Origin: an uncultured virus (IMG/VR IMGVR_UViG_2061766007_002858)
Lineage: Duplodnaviria; Heunggongvirae; Uroviricota; Caudoviricetes
Reading direction: 5' to 3' (one strand)
IMG/VR virus record: IMGVR_UViG_2061766007_002858
DNA length: 64,000 nucleotides
Below the pieces are notes generated by a model. That model was not told the origin of the DNA. It did no database searches and worked only from the letters and a program-made list of their open reading frames with translations. Position numbers and translations under genes: made by a program. Position 1 is the first letter of the stretch, and each line of letters begins with the position of its first letter. Below, piece after piece: positions 59,676-64,000 of the stretch.

Positions 59676-61877
59676 ATGACCATCGTTGAAATGCGCGAGA
59701 AGCGCGCCAGGCTCTGGGCCACCATGGAAGGCTTTCTGGACACCCATCGCAATGAAAAGGGCGTACTGTCCGCCGAGGATGATGCCACCTATGCTTCCAT
59801 GGAAACCGATCTGGACGCCCTGACCAATGAGATCCACCGCATGGAGCGCCGCGACGCCAGGGAGGCTGAACTGTCCAAGCCCATGAACAAGCCTCTGACT
59901 GAAAAGCCGGAGAAGAACACCGAGCCTGAAAAGACCGGTCGCGCTTCCAATGCCTATCGTGAGGATTTCGGCAGGCATCTGAGGGGCAAGACGCCCATCC
60001 NNNNNNNNNNTGCCCTGACCAACGAGATCCACCGCATGGAGCGCCGCGACGCCAGGGAGGCTGAGCTTTCCAAGCCCATGAACAAACCTCTGACTGAAAA
60101 GCCGGAGAAGAACGCCGAGCCTGAAAAGATCGGTCGCGCTTCCAGTGCCTATCGTGAGGATTTCGGCAGGCATCTGAGGGGCAAGACGCCCATCCNNNNN
60201 NNNNNGCGCGAAAAGCGCGCCAAGCTCTGGGCCACCATGGAAGGCTTTCTGGATACCCATCGCAATGAAAAGGGCGTGCTGTCCGCCGAGGATGACGCCA
60301 CCTATGCTTCCATGGAGACCGATCTGGACGCCATGACCAACGAGATCCACCGCATGGAGCGGCGCGATGCCCGGGAGGCCGAGCTGTCCAAGCCCATGAA
60401 CAAGCCCCTGACCGAAAAACCGGAGAAGAACGCCGAGCCTGAAAAGGCCGGCCGCGCTTCCAACGCTTACCGCGAGGATTTCGGCAGGCATCTGAGGGGC
60501 AAGACGCCCATCCACAACGTACTGTCCGAAAGCACCGATGCGGACGGCGGCTACCTGGTACCCACCGAGTTTGAGCATCAGATCGTGACGGAGCTGGAAG
60601 AGAGCAATATCATCCGCTCCATCGCCAAGGTCATCACCACGCATCATGACCGGAAGATCCCCATCGCCGTGGGCCATTCCGTGGCCACCTGGACGGCTGA
60701 GAACGCGGCNNNNNNNNNNCGTGCTTTTCCAGAACACAGACTCGCTCATGTTCAGCACTACAGTCCCCACGTAATACAGCAGCACCCAGTCCACAGATTC
60801 CTGCGCGCCGGATGCTGCCGTATCAAATGAGTCCCACAGCGCCTTTACCGAGGGTCTGGGGCCACGGCATTCTCCGTATCTCCGGTATCCTCAGGCAGCG
60901 CGGCAGTCAGCGCCTCGGTGATCTGCTCCATGATCTTTTCCACATTGGTCAGGGAGATCATCGCGCCTACCTGGCGCTCGGTCAGTTTTTCGTCTTCATG
61001 CAAAAGGCCCGCCCACAGCAGCGTTCGGGTGGCTTTCACGGAGCCCTGCTGCATCTTCTGGAACGCCTGGTCCAGGGAGCCGAATTTGTCCTCCAGCTCC
61101 GCAAAGGCGTTCAGGTCGAAGAGCAGCGTGCGGGGCTTGTCCAGTTCAATGGGAATACGCACTTCCCGGATGTCATGCAGCGCCATAGTTTAGCCCTCCC
61201 CATTGGTCTCTTTGGTTTCTTCGTAGACCTCGTTGAACCAGCTGTCCACGCCNNNNNNNNNNATCTTAACCCTCCCCGTTGGTCTCTTTGGTTTCTTCGT
61301 AGACCTCGTTGAACCAGCTGTCCACGCCGGTGAATTCCGGGTCGCTGGTGTCGGCAGAGATCTGCCAGTTGCCGTCATAGTCGCGCTGGACAAAAGTGCC
61401 GGTCAGCTTGGGCTGACGCCAGGCGGGCGAATCGTTACTGGTAGAGTATTCATCCTCGACCAGCTGGAACTTGCCCTTGTACAGCCACACGCAGCGNNNN
61501 NNNNNNACGCGCTCAAGTCTCCCTATCGCAGGAACGCGAAGTTCCTGATGAACGACGCGACGGTGTCCGCTATCCGCAAGTTGAAGGACGGCAACGGCGT
61601 GTACCTGTGGCAGCCTGCCCTGCAAGCGGGTCAGCCTGACAAGCTGCTGGGCTTCGACCTGGTGACGTCTCCTTATGCGCCGACCATGGCTGCCGGCGCG
61701 CTGCCCATCGCCTTTGGTGATTTCAACAATTACTGGATCGGCGACCGCATGGGTCGCACGGTGCAGCGCCTGAATGAACTGTATGCCACCAACGGCCAGA
61801 TCGGCTTTGTGGCCACCGAGCGCGTGGACGGCAAGGTGATCCTGCCCGAGGGCATCCAGCTGCTCCAGATGAAGTGA
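59676..61877 (+). CDS. HK97-type major capsid protein (allelic pieces; unrelated contigs 60720-61496 placed in its gap)
   Basis: Coiled-coil delta domain, DGGYLVPTEF, RKLKDGNG.YLWQP, IAFGDF, ERVDG. Confidence 0.88.
60845..61186 (-). CDS. Tail assembly chaperone (contig probably misplaced or inverted)
   Basis: Directly downstream of the major tail gene; LDKPRTLLFDLNAFAELE. Confidence 0.7.
   Translation of the reverse strand: MALHDIREVRIPIELDKPRTLLFDLNAFAELEDKFGSLDQAFQKMQQGSVKATRTLLWAGLLHEDEKLTERQVGAMISLTNVEKIMEQITEALTAALPEDTGDTENAVAPDPR
61190..61496 (-). CDS. Major tail protein 3' fragments (two alleles)
   Basis: VWLYKGKF...LTGTFVQR..DG.W...SWFNEVYE. Confidence 0.75.
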
Positions 61878-61890
61878 GGAGGGCGCGGCT

Positions 61891-62142
61891 ATGAGCTATA
61901 ACGTGAAGAACTACACCGAGCAGGGCGGCGACGTCACCCATATCGGCGGAAAGCTGGTGTTTGAAGAGGGAGCCTCTGTAGAGGGGCTCCCTGGCTCTAC
62001 TCCTGCAGAGAACCAGGCTGCCAGCACAGCTGCTACCGTTGCTGCCCTGAAGGATGATTTCAATGCGCTGCTGGCAAAGCTGAAGGAAGCCGGCCTTATG
62101 GCTGCTGACACTACTGCGGACGAAGATGCCGATGGCGAATAA
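61891..62142 (+). CDS. Head fibre/decoration protein
   Basis: YNVKNYTEQGG, DFNALLAKLKEAGLM. Confidence 0.75.
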   Translation: MSYNVKNYTEQGGDVTHIGGKLVFEEGASVEGLPGSTPAENQAASTAATVAALKDDFNALLAKLKEAGLMAADTTADEDADGE

Positions 62143-62160
62143 CGGGAGGGAGGCTGTCGA

Positions 62161-62484
62161 ATGGCGCTGATTACACTGGCTGAGGCCAAGGAGTACCTGA
62201 GGGTGGACACCGATGCCGATGACGCGCTGATCGGCAGTCTCCTTCTCTCCGCCGGAAGGCTGTGCGCCGATGTGGCGCGGCTGAACGATGAGGAATGGGC
62301 GGCGGTGGATGCTGACGCGACTGCAGATGACAGCCCCGGGGTGATTTCACTACGGGCTTCGCTGCGCGTGGCGGTGTATTTCACGCTGGCGTACCTGTAT
62401 GAGCACCGGGAGGAAGCAGATCATCATGGTCTGCTGCTCACGCTGCGTTCTCTGCTTTTCGCTGTCAGGGAGGGACGTCCGTGA
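62161..62484 (+). CDS. Head-tail connector (gp6-like); second allele ends 62870
   Basis: ITLAEAKEYLRVD..DDALI, YLYEHRE. Confidence 0.88.
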   Translation: MALITLAEAKEYLRVDTDADDALIGSLLLSAGRLCADVARLNDEEWAAVDADATADDSPGVISLRASLRVAVYFTLAYLYEHREEADHHGLLLTLRSLLFAVREGRP

Positions 62485-62866
62485 AGAAGAATCCGCTTTA
62501 CCCCAGCAGGCTGAGAAATCGTGTGGAATTCCTGCGGCGTGTCGTGACCGTAGAGCATGGTATCAGCAAGGAACGCTGGGAAACAGCTTTTATCTGCTGG
62601 TGCGGAGCAGAGCCGCTGTCAGGTAGAGAGTTCTGGGAGGCAGCGGCCATCAATCGGGAAAACGAGGTGCGCTTNNNNNNNNNNAATGCGGTGGACGCTG
62701 AACCTGCCGCAGATGACAGTGCAGCGGTGATTTCTCTCCGGGCATCTCTGCGCGTGGCGATGTATTTCACGCTGGCATACCTGTATGAGCACCGGGAGGA
62801 AGCGGACCATCACGCCCTGCTTCTTACTCTCCGATCTTTGCTCTTTTCCGTCAGGGAGGGACGCCC

Positions 62867-63290
62867 GTGAAGAAGAATCCGCTGTATCCCAGCAGACTGC
62901 GCAGCCGCGCCGAATTCCTGCGCCGCACTGTCAGTATGGAGCATGGCATCAGTCGGGAACGCTGGGAAACCACCTTCACATGCTGGTGCTGCGTGGAACC
63001 GCTGTCAGGCAGAGAGTTCTGGGAGGCAGCGGCCATCAATCGGGAAAACGAGGTGCGCTTCACCATCCGCTACCGGAAGGACGTATCCGCCGAGATGCGG
63101 ATCAGGCTGGACAGCACAGTGTACGACATCACCTCTATCCTCGATAAAAACAACCGGCATGAGGCGCTNNNNNNNNNNACTGGATGGTACGGTGTACGAC
63201 ATCACCTCTATCCTCGATAAAAACAACCGGCATGAGGCGCTGGAGATACTGGCAAGGACGGTGACGCCAGATGGCAAATGTCAGAATTGA
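62867..63290 (+). CDS. Head closure / head-tail adaptor (other allele starts 62481)
   Basis: LSGREFWEA, RFTIRY, YDITSI. Confidence 0.85.
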
Positions 63291-63681
63291 CGGGCTGAAA
63301 GACCTGGGGACCCGTGTGAAGAACATGGGCAAAGAGGCGCGCGGCGCTGCCGGACAAGCGCTCCGCAAGGGCGCGGAGATCATCAAAGAAGAAGCCCATG
63401 TCCGGGCTCCCCGCAGCGCCCACGGGCATCCCGCCACCCAGGGACGTACAGCCAAGCATCTGGCGGATCAGCTGACCACCAGCGTCTCCGCCAGCAAATA
63501 CACCGCAGGCGTGACCGTCGTCGGTGGTGTGAATGGTCCAAGCTATTACTGGAAATACCTCGAGTACGGCACAAAGCGCATAAAAGAACGCGCCTTTATC
63601 CGCGAAAGCGCGGAGGCGCGCGGTGATGAAGCTATGGAGACCGTGAAGCGCGAGATAGAAGCCCGGCTGGGCATCAAGTGA
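63271..63681 (+). CDS. HK97 gp10-family protein
   Basis: ALRKGAEII, YYWKYLEYGT, AFIRES. Confidence 0.85.
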   Translation: MANVRIDGLKDLGTRVKNMGKEARGAAGQALRKGAEIIKEEAHVRAPRSAHGHPATQGRTAKHLADQLTTSVSASKYTAGVTVVGGVNGPSYYWKYLEYGTKRIKERAFIRESAEARGDEAMETVKREIEARLGIK

Positions 63682-63692
63682 GGTGATCACCA

Positions 63693-64000
63693 TTGGACGC
63701 ATCGACCCTGGTGGACGAGCTGTTGGAAAGCGAAGAGCTGACAGCGCTCCTGGCCACCGACCCATACGGCAATCCCGCCATCTATCAGATCCTTTCCCCA
63801 GAGGCGGAGGTATTTCCCCGGCTGGCTGTGTTTGAATCGGATCGCGAGTANNNNNNNNNNGGAGGCGGAGGTCTTTCCCAGACTGGCCGTGTTTGAAGCG
63901 GATCGTGAATACACCCGCTTCGCCGATGACCAGCCGCTGGAAGAAGAGATCACCTTCCGCATCGACATCTACGCCCGGGAAAATCTGCTGTATCCCATCA
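63693..64000 (+). CDS. Tail completion/terminator protein, runs off the window
   Basis: Position after gp10; FPRL, FRIDIYA. Confidence 0.65.

Larger units (their letters stand above)
21142..64000 (+). mobile_element. HK97-like siphoprophage, mosaic of two or more alleles; boundaries unresolved
   Basis: Ordered regulation, replication, packaging, head and neck modules. Confidence 0.85.

Noticed and set aside
60720..61496. Invertible segment inside the capsid gene
   Set aside because: Small gap-bounded contigs of tail genes; no flanking inverted repeats or invertase; likely misplacement
1..64000. tRNA, rRNA, CRISPR-Cas, retron or reverse transcriptase genes
   Set aside because: None recognised by eye; a covariance-model scan would be needed to exclude small RNAs

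Overview
Gap-rich scaffold, probably from a metagenome or mixed-strain assembly of a Clostridia-type Firmicute. Many 10-N gaps are flanked by near-duplicate allelic sequence, so local order and copy number are unreliable. Left to right: (1) the 3' end of a large serine recombinase element that appears to have truncated a DUF262 (GmrS-like) gene; (2) a ~15 kb minus-strand defence operon, HTH - 5mC MTase - SNF2 helicase - Type III Mod - Type III Res - drmA - drmB - drmC - vsr, i.e. a DISARM core coupled to a complete Type III R-M system and matching neither DISARM class as I know them; (3) a LexA-like/UmuC-like/YolD mutagenesis cassette back-to-back with an ImmA/IrrE-HTH regulator; (4) an HK97-like siphoprophage (sigma-70 region-4 protein, replication, HNH, TerS, MetK-like, ParB-MTase, C5-MTase, promoter-repeat accessory cassettes, TerL, portal, Clp protease, capsid, head-tail genes) present as at least two interleaved alleles; (5) gap-bounded inserts: holin and endolysin, IS fragments, and a NACHT-WD40 gene with a divergent secreted FN3-like protein. 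The strongest observations are the DISARM/Type III hybrid operon and an overprinted +1-frame ORF inside the phage C5-MTase whose selection is visible from comparing the two alleles. All family assignments are from motif recognition, not database searches.
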